Shown: positions 30,152-40,000 of the stretch, piece by piece
How positions within the stretch are numbered: position 1 is the stretch's first letter
Layout of the letters: the number at the start of each line of letters is the position of its first letter
From: a bacterium
GTDB lineage: Bacteria; Krumholzibacteriota; Krumholzibacteriia; LZORAL124-64-63
Assembly (NCBI GenBank): GCA_031441465.1
Contig: JANOEP010000046.1
Coordinates: forward strand, 64,001-128,000
Direction: 5' to 3'
DNA: 64,000 nucleotides
The notes under the pieces: generated by a model
Database searches by the model: none
What the model saw: only the letters and a program-made list of their open reading frames with translations
Told to the model about the DNA's origin: nothing
Program-made: the position numbers and the translations under genes

Positions 30152-31810
30152 TCAGCGCCGATCGGCGGGCGAGATCCACCAGTCCTGGACGTTCTGGTAG
30201 GTCGAGAGCACGTGGGGCGCCACGCCGCGCAACCGGCGCCGCACCGCCACCACCTGGTCGGGGTAATAAAGCGTGGCGACCGGCGAGTCGGCCACGATCA
30301 GACGCTGGAAGGCGTCCCAGACGGGTTTGGCCAGGGAGCGGTCGCGCTCGGCGAGCCCCCGGGCGAGCAGGGAGTCGGCCGCGGCGCTGGCGTAATGGCC
30401 GTAGTTGAACAGCGACCAGGCGTCCGAGGCGAAGCGCGGCGAGGGGTCCACCGCGAGCCGTTCGGAATAGACGCCCAGGTACGCTTCGAAGCGGCCGGAC
30501 TGGACGAGGTCGACGGCCGCGCCCATCTCCATGATCCGGGGCCGGCACTCCACCCCCACCCGCCCGAGATGGTCGCGGACGGCGGCGGCGCCGTTCTCCC
30601 GCACCGCGTCCCCTTTGCGCGTCACCAGGCTGAAACTCAGCGTCTCGCCGCCGCGCTCCCGCACGCCGTCGCCGTCGGCGTCGCGCCAACCGGCGGCGTC
30701 GAGCAGCTCCCGCGCGCGGGCGGGGTCGTAGGGTTCCGCCGGCAGCTCGCGGTCGAAGGCCCAGAGCGCGGGCGGCAGCGGGCCGCCGCCCGCGCGCGCG
30801 CAGCCCTCCAACAGCCCGTCCACGAAGAGCGAACGGTCGACGGCCAGCGACAGCGCGCGCCGCACGCGTGGGTCGGCGAAACGGGGGTCGGCCAGATTCC
30901 ACACGATCTGCCCCACCAGGCGTCCCGCCAACCGGTGCACGACCACATCGCCCCGCTGTTCCAGGCGGCCGAGCGCGTGCACGGGCACGTCCTCCAGCAG
31001 GTCCGCGCCGCCGGTCTCGAGTTCCACCAGGCGGGCCGTCTCGTCGGGGATGATCCGGAACACGAGCCGCTCGAGGCGGGGACGCGGCCCCGGGTAGGAC
31101 TCGTTGCGGCGCAGGACCAGCATCTGGTTGCGCTCCCAGGACTCCAGCACGAAGGGGCCGCTCGAGAGCGGGTGTTCGTTGAGCGTCCAAGCGCGCACCG
31201 CCGCCGGGTCGAGCGCGTCGGTGACGTGGGCGGGCAGGATGAAGTGGCCGAGCGTCGCCACGAGGTCGTTGCGGCTCTCCCGGAACTCGTAGCGCACGGT
31301 CGAGTCGTCCATCGCGGTGACGGACTTCACGTTGTTGAAACGGCCGCCGCCGCGCGGGCTCGCCACACGCGGGTCGACGAACAACCGGAACGACGCCGCG
31401 ACGTCGCGGGCCGTCAGCGGTGCGCCGTCGGACCAGCACCAGGGACGCAGCCGGACCGTCACCGCGAGGCTGTCGGGAGTGAATTCCAGACCGGCAGCGA
31501 TGCACGGCCGATAGGTGAAGTCCTCGCCCATTTCCACGAGGCCGTCGCCGAGCAGGTCGAGGATCTGGCCGGCGTGGGCGGAGGTGTAGAGCAGCGGGTT
31601 CAGGACGTCGGGATCGGCCGGGAACGCGATCACGGCCGTGCCGCCGGCGGTCGGCTCGTCGGCGGCTCCCGGCCGGGGTTTCGCCTCGCGGCCACAGCCG
31701 ATGGGCAGGACCGCCAGCACGGTCAACGCGACGAGCAACAGGGCGACGGCCGGCGACGGCGTCCCGACGTCTCCCGCCTCCGTGCCGGCGCTCCTGGTAT
31801 TCGCTCCCAT
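30152..31810 (-). CDS. ABC transporter family-5 (peptide/nickel) substrate-binding lipoprotein
   Basis: Lipobox LPIGC; DPDVLNPL, WSDGAPLTARDV, SSGPFVLESW, DPRVRRALSLAVDR, DGDGVRERGG. Confidence 0.9.
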   Translation of the reverse strand: MGANTRSAGTEAGDVGTPSPAVALLLVALTVLAVLPIGCGREAKPRPGAADEPTAGGTAVIAFPADPDVLNPLLYTSAHAGQILDLLGDGLVEMGEDFTYRPCIAAGLEFTPDSLAVTVRLRPWCWSDGAPLTARDVAASFRLFVDPRVASPRGGGRFNNVKSVTAMDDSTVRYEFRESRNDLVATLGHFILPAHVTDALDPAAVRAWTLNEHPLSSGPFVLESWERNQMLVLRRNESYPGPRPRLERLVFRIIPDETARLVELETGGADLLEDVPVHALGRLEQRGDVVVHRLAGRLVGQIVWNLADPRFADPRVRRALSLAVDRSLFVDGLLEGCARAGGGPLPPALWAFDRELPAEPYDPARARELLDAAGWRDADGDGVRERGGETLSFSLVTRKGDAVRENGAAAVRDHLGRVGVECRPRIMEMGAAVDLVQSGRFEAYLGVYSERLAVDPSPRFASDAWSLFNYGHYASAAADSLLARGLAERDRSLAKPVWDAFQRLIVADSPVATLYYPDQVVAVRRRLRGVAPHVLSTYQNVQDWWISPADRR

Positions 31811-31830
31811 GCTCCGCCTCCCCGCCGCGG

Positions 31831-31865
31831 GAAACGGCCCGGCCCCGTCGGGACCGGGCCGCTTC
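31831..31865 (-). other. 16-bp RNA hairpin in the leader of the substrate-binding protein gene
   Basis: GAAGCGGCCCGGUCCC-GAC-GGGGCCGGGCCGUUUC; fully paired (two G-U pairs) only on the minus strand. Confidence 0.65.
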
Positions 31866-31878
31866 GGCAGCCCCGCGC

Positions 31879-31907
31879 AGTGTAGCGGGTGCGCCGGCCG
31901 CGGTCAA
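31879..31907 (-). promoter_or_regulatory. Putative sigma70 promoter for the substrate-binding protein gene
   Basis: TTGACC-N17-TACACT. Confidence 0.6.
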
Positions 31908-31922
31908 CGCGGCCGGCGGCGG

Positions 31923-34900
31923 CTATTTCACGAGCAGCATCTTCAAGGTGCTGCCCTCGGCGCCGCGCTGTGCGCGCAGGAAGTAGACGCCGCTGGCCTG
32001 GGGACGTCCGGCGTCGTCCTGGCCGTGCCAGGTCACCGTCAACCAACCGGGCGCCACCGGGCCTCGGTGCAGGCTGCGCACGAGCCTGCCCTGCACGTCG
32101 AAGATCTCGACCGACAGCGGTCCCTCCCCGCCCGCGGGCACGTAGAGACGGGCCGTGGTGCTGGGGTTGAAGGGGTTGGGGACGTTGGGCATGAGCGACA
32201 GCCTGGCCGCCGGCGGCGGCGCCTCCTCGACCGGCGTCGTGGCGATGAACCGGAAGACGCCGTCGCGCAGGTAATTGCCGCGGAACGTCGGCCAGGGCAT
32301 CTCGTTCGGGTAGTAGGTCGCCGGCAGGTCCCAGACGTGGATCTGCAGGTCCCAGCCGCCGTAGACCAGGTTGACGTAGCCGTCCTGATCGAGGTCGCAG
32401 ATCACCGGCGCGGGCCGGATGGGTCCGCCGAGGGTCAGCGGGAAGCCGTCGAGGTCCACGCCGGCGTGCGAGAAGGCGTAGATGTTGTTCGGGGACTCGG
32501 TGTCGCCGCCGCCGATGCCGAACACCACATCCGGCAGATGGTCGCCGTTGAGGTCCCCGACCACCGGACTGGACTCCGTGTTGCCGGGCACCGAACGCGG
32601 CCAACCGCTCATGGTCTGGCCGCTGGTGCCGCCGGCGACATCGGTGTCGACGACGTGGACGCTGGACGACGAGGCGCCGAACACTTCCACCGCCACGATC
32701 TCCAGCCGGCCGTCGTTGTCGAAGTCGCCCACGGCCGGGCTGGGGCAGGTCACGTCGCCGTTGGTGCTCTGGGAGCGGAAATAGCGGGGGAAGCCCGGAT
32801 AGCGCGTGCCGTTCTGGCGGACCACCCGCAGCGAGTCCTCCTCCGAAATGTAGATGATCTCCTTCAGCCCGTCGTTGTCGAGATCGGCGATGGTGGGGCT
32901 GCACATGATGTTGCCGCCGCTGCCGGCGGTGATCGGGAAACCCGGCACCTGGGTGCCGTTGTGGCGGTAGGCCAGCAGCAGGTTGGTGGCGACCGTGCGG
33001 TAGCGCGTCCCGAAGACGATGTCCTTGGCGCCGTCGCCGTCGAGGTCCGCGAGCGCGGGCGCGGAACGGCACCACTCGTCGTAGGGCAGCACCGCGGAGC
33101 GGTCGATCAGGACGCCCTGGGTGGCGGGGTTGTTGTCCCCGTCGCGCACTTCGGTGCCGTCGGCGTGCCAGGCGAGCGTGCGGCCCGCGAGGTTGTTGGC
33201 GACGACTTCGACCTCGCCGTCGCCGTCGATGTCCCCCACCGCGGGCGGCGCCCAGACCCACATCGTCCCGGTGGACCGCGGCCAGCCGGGCACCTGCGAA
33301 CCGTCGGCGTTGTAGGCGAACATCAGCTTCAGGTCGCGCTCGGCGCAGAGGATCTCCAGCGCCGGGTCGCCGTCGAGGTTCGCCAGGGTCACGCCCATCG
33401 GCGACAGCCTGGCGTTGAGGTTGGTGATCGGGCCGAGGGTCTGCGAATCGTTGTCGCCGTCGAACAGCTCCTGCCCGTCCTCGGTCCACACGTAGACCTC
33501 GTCGGACGCCATGACGATCTCCAGGCGGTGGTCTCCGGTCACGTCGCCGACGGCGCAGTGGCTGCTCGTCTCGACCGCGAAGGGGAGCGGGAAGGGCGCG
33601 AGTTCCGAGGGAGACGTGCTCTTGGCGAAGACGGTCGAAGCGGCGCCCTCCACGAGGAACGAGTCGACGCAGGTGACGCGGTAGTAGTAACGCGTCAACA
33701 GGTCCAGCCCGGTGTCGCGGAAGTAGGAAATCCGTCCCAGCAGATCGTAGTTGGACCGCGTGAACGGCCCGGCCGCGTTCTGGCTGCGGTAGACGTGGTA
33801 GCCTCGCACCCCGGGCTGGTTCACAGGAGTCCACTTCAGTTCGATGACGTCGGGGCCCAGCGCGGTGACGGAGGAGAGGTCGGTCGGCACCGCGGGCGTC
33901 GTCATCTTGAAGGAGTGCACGAAACGGCGCCCGCGCGAGTCGGTGACCACCAGCCGGGCGTCGTAGGGCAGGGTGACGTTCAAGACCTTCAGCGACACCA
34001 GCGCCGTGCCGCTGGACGTCTGCAGCAGGTCGAGGTTGGGGTAGGTCAGCAACGAGTCGTAGAGCACGACGTTGGGGCTGCTGGTGCGCAGCACGGCGGC
34101 GAGGCCGTCGGCGCGGCCGGCGCCGAAATTCTCCAGGGTCATCAGCACCGTGACGCGCTCGTTGTTCTCCAGGAGGCCGTCGTTGTCGCCGTAGGGCGCG
34201 TCGAACCAGTCTAGGGCGATGGCTTCGACCTCGGGGGCCTTGACCACCAACTCCCAACGGGAGGTCCAGGGGCCGGCGGGGAGGTTGTCGGCGACCACGG
34301 TGAAGGTGACGTGGTTGCCGTCGGCCATCGCCGCGTCGAAGCGGACCAGGAACGTGTCCAGGGCGTTGGCGCTGCCCCCGCTCGGGATCGTGGCCACGGC
34401 GGCGTTCCCGTCCAGGATGGTCACGCCGGCGGCGGCCGAACTCAGCACCGCGGTCACGCCGGCGGCGCCGCCGCTCCCGGTGTCCTGGAAGCGCGCCGTG
34501 AAGGCGACGGTCTCCCCAGCCTCGGCGATGCCGTTGCCGTTGCCGATGGTGCCGCCGGTCCCGTTGTCGGTGACGGTCATGCTCTGCAGGGCGATGTAGG
34601 CGCCGGTCCCGGTCACCGGCAGCGACTGGACCTTGCGGGCGGAGTTGCGGGCGGTCACGGTCAGGGTGAGCGAGCCGGTGTCCACCGGCACGATGTTCAG
34701 CGAAACCTGGCCGGCGCCGTCGGTGTCGCCCCAGACATAGACGTCGCCGCTGCGGCTGAGCACGACCCGCGCGCCGACGACGGGCAGCCCGCCCGACGTG
34801 ATCGTGATCGGCACGTTCTGGGCGCCGAGCGGCAGCGAGGCGGGCACGCTCACCGTCAGGGCGGCGGGCGACGCCGTCCACATGCTCTGGCCGGGATCTC

Positions 34901-36812
34901 CGAGCAGCGTGTAGTTCAGGTACGTCCAGCGGGTGAAGCTGTTGGCCGGCGCGTACGCCAGCCAGGGCAGGCGGCTCGCGGTCATCAGGTCGCCGAGCCG
35001 GGGCTGGGCGTCGCACATCATGGCCTCGAAGAAAGCCTTCTGGAAATCGTTCGCGGTCGCCGGGAAGGCCGCCCGCGTGGCGCCGATCGAGGCGAAGGAG
35101 CCGCCGTTGGGGTTCTGCACGAACCGCTCCATGAGGCAGCCGTAGTCGAAGGCCGCCGAGGCGCAGTTCAGGGCGTACATCAGGAACGGCCGGGTGATGC
35201 CGTTGTGCAGGTTGTCGGCGTCGTTGATCGTGATGTTGGCGTCGCCCATGTTCATGTTGAAGAAGAAGCCGTGGCCGATCTGGTTGAAGACGTTGAAATG
35301 GCCGGTGTTCAGGCTGTCCAGCGCGGCGAGGCGGGTCTCGCGGACCGCCCCGGGGTACATCGGCTGGCCGAGGCCGTCCAGGCGGTCCCAGGCCTCGAAC
35401 ATCCGCACCGCCGTCATGTCCGTGCAGGGAGCCACGACTTCGTCCACGAGGGCCTGGGCGTATGTCGCGCCGTCGAGTGTGATGTCGCCCTCGGAGTTGG
35501 TGAACAGGACTTCGGCCGCGGTCAGGAAGCGGTTGGCGTAACCGGCGCCGGTGGCGGCGTTCTCGTAATTGAGGACCTTGGTCACGAAGGTGTTCACGTC
35601 CGCCACGGAACTCACCGGTGCGCGGCCGAAGGAGATGTCGCTGGCGACGTCGCAGTCGTCGCCGGGGTTGGATTCGTTGACGTTCGGCTCGCCGAAGTCG
35701 GCGTCCCCGTCCAGGTTCCAGTTCCCGTCGAGGCAGGCGAAGTAGAGGTCGGCCGGGATCAGGGTCGTGCCTCCGGGCGGGTAGAAGTTGCTCAGCGCGT
35801 AGCGCGCCGGCACGACGTCCGTATCGCCGCCGAGCAGGACGTACTGGACGCCCCAGCGTTCGTAGGCGTCGCGGATGAACATGCGGACCGTCTCCTGGAT
35901 GTCGACCCCGTGACGGTAGTTGGCCTCGATCCACTCCAGGGACTTGACGACGGCGGGCAGGCCCTGGGAAGTGCGGTAATCGGCCAGCGGCTGGAACGCG
36001 GCCGCCAGCGCGTCGCTGGTGATGATCAGGTAGGACACCGCCGAGCCGCTGAGGCTGGGCGTCTTGTCGGGGGAGAAACCGCCGACGGCCGTCGCGACGT
36101 CGGCCCCGTCCTCGCGGACGTACCCGGACAGCGCCTCGGGGTTGGCCAGGACGCCGGCGAGTCGCTGTTCGATCTTCTGGCGTTCGCCCGCGACCCGGCG
36201 CTGGCGCACGGCGACATCGGCCTGTCCGGCGGCAGCCGGCGCGGGCAACAACCGGATCTCGTAGCTCTCGAGCAGTTCGACCTCGCGCCACGAGCCGTCC
36301 GCCGCCTGCAGCGCGCGCAACGGGAACACCGTGACGGTGACCAGCCGGTACCCGTTCATGACGTGGTTGCCGCCGAAACGCCCCCAGACGGACGGGAAGG
36401 ACGTCTTGCTCCCGGGCACGACATCCTGGCGGCCGGGCACGCCCTCGCTGCTGAGCGGAGCGGCGGCCAGCGCCAGGTCCCCGGGCACGCGCAGTTTCCG
36501 CGTGGAGAGGGGCACGACTTCGACGGCTCCGTACGAGGTCGCCATCGGGACCAGCAGGGTCAGCGAGCGGCCGACCAGGTCGGGCCGACCGGTCTCCTGC
36601 AGGGGCTGCGTGTCGACCAGGCGCGGCAACACGTCCCCGCCCGGCTGCGTCGACCAGGCCAGGTCGGCCGCGGCGAACGAGCCCCGGTAGACGACGTCTC
36701 CGGCGGCCTGGGAGCCGGTGGTCGCCAGCAACGGCAACAGGACCGCGGCGAGCCCCCAGAGGGCGCGCGCGGCGCGAGGACCGACAGAGTCGTTGCGGTT
36801 CTTCCGATGCAT
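31923..36812 (-). CDS. Gingipain-like C25 cysteine peptidase with Ig-like, FN3, FG-GAP and FlgD-Ig/T9SS-type C-terminal domains (paralog 1)
   Basis: ATG 36812 with GGGGAGA RBS; signal peptide; YLIIT, YVLLGGD, ADLYFACLDGNW, GRAP, catalytic dyad NQIGHG / LNCAS, YTLLGDP; GDxDGDG repeats; PNVPNPFNP...SGVYFLR...KMLLVK. Confidence 0.92.
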   Translation of the reverse strand: MHRKNRNDSVGPRAARALWGLAAVLLPLLATTGSQAAGDVVYRGSFAAADLAWSTQPGGDVLPRLVDTQPLQETGRPDLVGRSLTLLVPMATSYGAVEVVPLSTRKLRVPGDLALAAAPLSSEGVPGRQDVVPGSKTSFPSVWGRFGGNHVMNGYRLVTVTVFPLRALQAADGSWREVELLESYEIRLLPAPAAAGQADVAVRQRRVAGERQKIEQRLAGVLANPEALSGYVREDGADVATAVGGFSPDKTPSLSGSAVSYLIITSDALAAAFQPLADYRTSQGLPAVVKSLEWIEANYRHGVDIQETVRMFIRDAYERWGVQYVLLGGDTDVVPARYALSNFYPPGGTTLIPADLYFACLDGNWNLDGDADFGEPNVNESNPGDDCDVASDISFGRAPVSSVADVNTFVTKVLNYENAATGAGYANRFLTAAEVLFTNSEGDITLDGATYAQALVDEVVAPCTDMTAVRMFEAWDRLDGLGQPMYPGAVRETRLAALDSLNTGHFNVFNQIGHGFFFNMNMGDANITINDADNLHNGITRPFLMYALNCASAAFDYGCLMERFVQNPNGGSFASIGATRAAFPATANDFQKAFFEAMMCDAQPRLGDLMTASRLPWLAYAPANSFTRWTYLNYTLLGDPGQSMWTASPAALTVSVPASLPLGAQNVPITITSGGLPVVGARVVLSRSGDVYVWGDTDGAGQVSLNIVPVDTGSLTLTVTARNSARKVQSLPVTGTGAYIALQSMTVTDNGTGGTIGNGNGIAEAGETVAFTARFQDTGSGGAAGVTAVLSSAAAGVTILDGNAAVATIPSGGSANALDTFLVRFDAAMADGNHVTFTVVADNLPAGPWTSRWELVVKAPEVEAIALDWFDAPYGDNDGLLENNERVTVLMTLENFGAGRADGLAAVLRTSSPNVVLYDSLLTYPNLDLLQTSSGTALVSLKVLNVTLPYDARLVVTDSRGRRFVHSFKMTTPAVPTDLSSVTALGPDVIELKWTPVNQPGVRGYHVYRSQNAAGPFTRSNYDLLGRISYFRDTGLDLLTRYYYRVTCVDSFLVEGAASTVFAKSTSPSELAPFPLPFAVETSSHCAVGDVTGDHRLEIVMASDEVYVWTEDGQELFDGDNDSQTLGPITNLNARLSPMGVTLANLDGDPALEILCAERDLKLMFAYNADGSQVPGWPRSTGTMWVWAPPAVGDIDGDGEVEVVANNLAGRTLAWHADGTEVRDGDNNPATQGVLIDRSAVLPYDEWCRSAPALADLDGDGAKDIVFGTRYRTVATNLLLAYRHNGTQVPGFPITAGSGGNIMCSPTIADLDNDGLKEIIYISEEDSLRVVRQNGTRYPGFPRYFRSQSTNGDVTCPSPAVGDFDNDGRLEIVAVEVFGASSSSVHVVDTDVAGGTSGQTMSGWPRSVPGNTESSPVVGDLNGDHLPDVVFGIGGGDTESPNNIYAFSHAGVDLDGFPLTLGGPIRPAPVICDLDQDGYVNLVYGGWDLQIHVWDLPATYYPNEMPWPTFRGNYLRDGVFRFIATTPVEEAPPPAARLSLMPNVPNPFNPSTTARLYVPAGGEGPLSVEIFDVQGRLVRSLHRGPVAPGWLTVTWHGQDDAGRPQASGVYFLRAQRGAEGSTLKMLLVK

Positions 36813-37022
36813 GTCTCCCCCATGTCGTAAAGGGATGCGCCCGGCGCGGTCGCCGGACAGTTCCTGGTCTTCATTTCGGCTCATGTGAGCACTTGCCGGC
36901 GGAACAGCGTCGCTCGAGTTTCCGCCGGCGTCTGGCCGGCGATCCGACTCGTTAACCTCGTTGCTCTCGCGTCCTCCCGGCAAGCGTTGGGGGCTGGCTG
37001 CGGCCATCGCCGCAGGTGAGGG

Positions 37023-37051
37023 AGTATAACGCAACCCGGGCGCGATGACAA
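37023..37051 (-). promoter_or_regulatory. Putative sigma70 promoter for C25 paralog 1
   Basis: TTGTCA-N17-TATACT, implying a leader of about 200 nt. Confidence 0.65.
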
Positions 37052-37076
37052 TAGCCCGGACGGCGAAAACGCCGTT

Positions 37077-40000
37077 TCAACGCACCAATGACATTTTCCC
37101 GACGGCTTCGCCCGCCGCGGAGCGCAACCGGTAGAGGTAGACGCCCGCCGGGACCGGCCTCCCGGCATCGTCCTCGCCGCGCCAAACGACGGCGTGGCCG
37201 CCGGCGGTCCGGACTTCGTTCAGCAAACGGCGGACTTCGCGGCCGAGCAGATCGTAGACGGTCAGCGCAACCTCGCCGCGGAATCCCGCCGGCAACTCGA
37301 ACTCGATGCGCGTGGCGGGATTGAAAGGATTGGGCACGTTTTGGCGGAGGGCCAGGACCGCGCCCGGCAACGGATGTCCGGCGCCGGTCGCCGTGTCCGG
37401 CAGCGTCCAGACCCCCGTGCGCGCTCCGTTCGCGTGGAAGGTCGGCCACGGCATGTTCTCCGGGCTCCAAGGTTGCTGCAGGTCCCAGACGTGCATGGCC
37501 AGGTCCCAGCCGCCGTACACGAGATCCACATCCCCGTCCCGGTCGAGGTCCGTCAGGGTCGGCGTGGAGCGGACCGGCCCGCCCACGACCAGCGGGAAGC
37601 CCGGCACCGTCGTGCCGTCGTGCCGGAAGCCGTAGATGTGGTTCGGGGACGTGTCGGTGCCGCCGCCGATGCCGAAGATGACGTCGGGACGGCCGTCGCC
37701 CGTGATGTCCCCCACCAGCGGCGACGCCTCCGAGTTGCTCGCCAGCAACTGGGGCCAGCCCGCGATCACCGTGCCGTTCTTGCGGTAGGCGCAGAGGTAC
37801 GAGGTGTGGCCGTCGACCACCTTGACCGCCACGATGTCCAGCACGCCGTCGCCGTCCAGGTCGCCGAGGGCGGGCGACGGGCAGGGGATGCCGGCTTGCC
37901 CGCTGTTCGCCGTGAAGGCCAGCGGGAACGGCGCCACCGCCTGGCCCGTCTCATCGATCACATAGAGCTTGTCGTTCTCGGTGACGAACACGATCTCGAG
38001 CACGCCGTCGCCGTCGAGGTCGCCGGCCGCGGGCGAACAGATAGACGAGGACCAGGCGCCCAGCATGAAAGGCCAGCCGGCGGCGTCGACGGCGTTGTTG
38101 CCCAGGGCGTGCACACGGTCGGCCGCGCCGTTCATGTAGCGGGACACGACCACGACTTCGCGCCGGCCGTCGTGGTCGACGTCGACCAGCAACGGCGCGC
38201 CGAACTGGTAGGACTCGCCGGTCCGGACCTGGAAGACGCCGACGGTGGCGGGGTTGGCGTCGCCGTCGAAGAAGTCGCGGCCGTCGTGGTGCCAGACGTA
38301 GGTGATGCCGGCGGTCGAGGTGACCACGACTTCGGCGTCGCCGTCGCCGTCGAGGTCGCCGACGGCGGGCGCGGCCCAGTTCCAGGCGTTGATGGTGCGC
38401 GGCCAGCCGGGCGCCGTGGTGCCGTCTCCCTGGAAGACGTAGATGGAATTGCCGCTGCGGCACGAGGCGACGATCTCGAGACCGGGATGGGGCGTGAGGT
38501 CGGCCAGGGTGACGGCGGCCGGCGTCCAGGTCTGACCGATGCTGATGAACGGGCCGCTGGTGGCGGGGTTGGCGTCGCCGTCGCGCAGTTCCTGCCCGGT
38601 GGCGTCCCAGGCGTAGATGGCGTCCGCCGCGGTCACGACATCCAGGACGCCGTCGCCGTCGATGTCGCCGACCGCGACATGGCTGGACGTCTCGGCGTGC
38701 ATGGCGATCGGGAAGCCGCCGATTTCCGTCGGCGAAGAATCGAGGAACCCGGTCGACGACTGCCGGCCCTCCAGACCCGAGGAATCCTGGGCGGTGACCC
38801 GGTAGTAATAGCGGGTCAGGGCGGCGAGTCCCAAGTCCTGGAAGAATCCGCCGTGCACGGGCTCGGCGGTCAGGCGCTGGAAGCCCGAGTTCGGCGTCGT
38901 CGAGCGGTACACGTGGTAGCCCGCGATGTCGGTGGCGGACGAGGGTGGCCACGAGATCGCGGCCGTCAGCGCGGCGGGGCTGGCGACCGACGGCAGACTG
39001 ACCTGGTCGGGACGGCTGAAATCGAACTCGTGGACCCACGTGCGGCCCAGACCGTCGGCGATGTGCAGGCGGGCCCGGCGGCTGTTCGAGATGGAGTTCA
39101 TGCTCAGCAGGAACTCGGTCGCCTGCTGGACCTCGCCCCGCGGTCCGAGCACCGGCCAGGACGTCGTGCCGGCCGTGATGTTGACGCCCGGCAGCCCCGT
39201 CTCCAGCCATCCGGTCAGGCCGGCCGCGCCGCCCCGGCCGTCGTTGCGCAGGTCGAACCAGACGCGGATCACTTCGTTGACGTCGATGGTGCCGTTGCCG
39301 TTGCCGTAGGGAAAATCGTTCCAGCGCAGGATTCCGGGCGAGAGCGCCGGCGCCACGACTTCCAGGGTGAAATCCTCCCGACAGACGGCATACCCGTCGG
39401 AGCTGCCGAGGGTGAAGAGCAATTCGGTCCGGTCGGCCAGGTCGCGGTCCAGACCGATCAGCAGCGGCGCGCCGGCGGGACCGCTCGCTCCGGCCGCGAG
39501 CGCCGGCGCCTGGCAGGCGGCGACGAGCAGGTCGACGGCGGGATGCGCGCAGGCGAGCGACAGCGCGGCGGGTTGCAGCAGCGGGGCGTCGCCGCCGTTG
39601 CGCAGGACGGGCAGCACGGCGATCACTTCGCCGGCGTCCGGGAGGCCGTCGGCGTTGCCGGCGGAGCCGTAGGCGCCGTTGTCGAAGATCGTCAGCGTGG
39701 CGAGACCCAGATAGGGCTGACCGGAGCCGCCGACGGCGACGCCGCCCGCGTACGGGATGCAGTCCGCGGCGGTCACGGTGAGGTCCAGGTCGCCGGCGCT
39801 GTTCGGCACGACGTCGAGCGCGACGGTGCCGTCGGCGCCCGTCAGTCCCGTGGCCAGCACGTCACCCGCTTTGTAGAGGCAGACCCGGGCGCCGGCCAGG
39901 GACACGCCGGCCCGCCGCACCTCGATCAGGGCCGTCGACGGCCCGAGCGGCAGGACTGCGGGCGCGGTGACCGTGAGCGTCTGCGGCGCCGCGGTCCAGA

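Noticed and set aside
36940..37000. c-di-GMP-I riboswitch resemblance (GGACGCGAGAGC)
   Set aside because: No GCAAAC/GNRA P2 element or matching P1; kept only as an unclassified structured leader.
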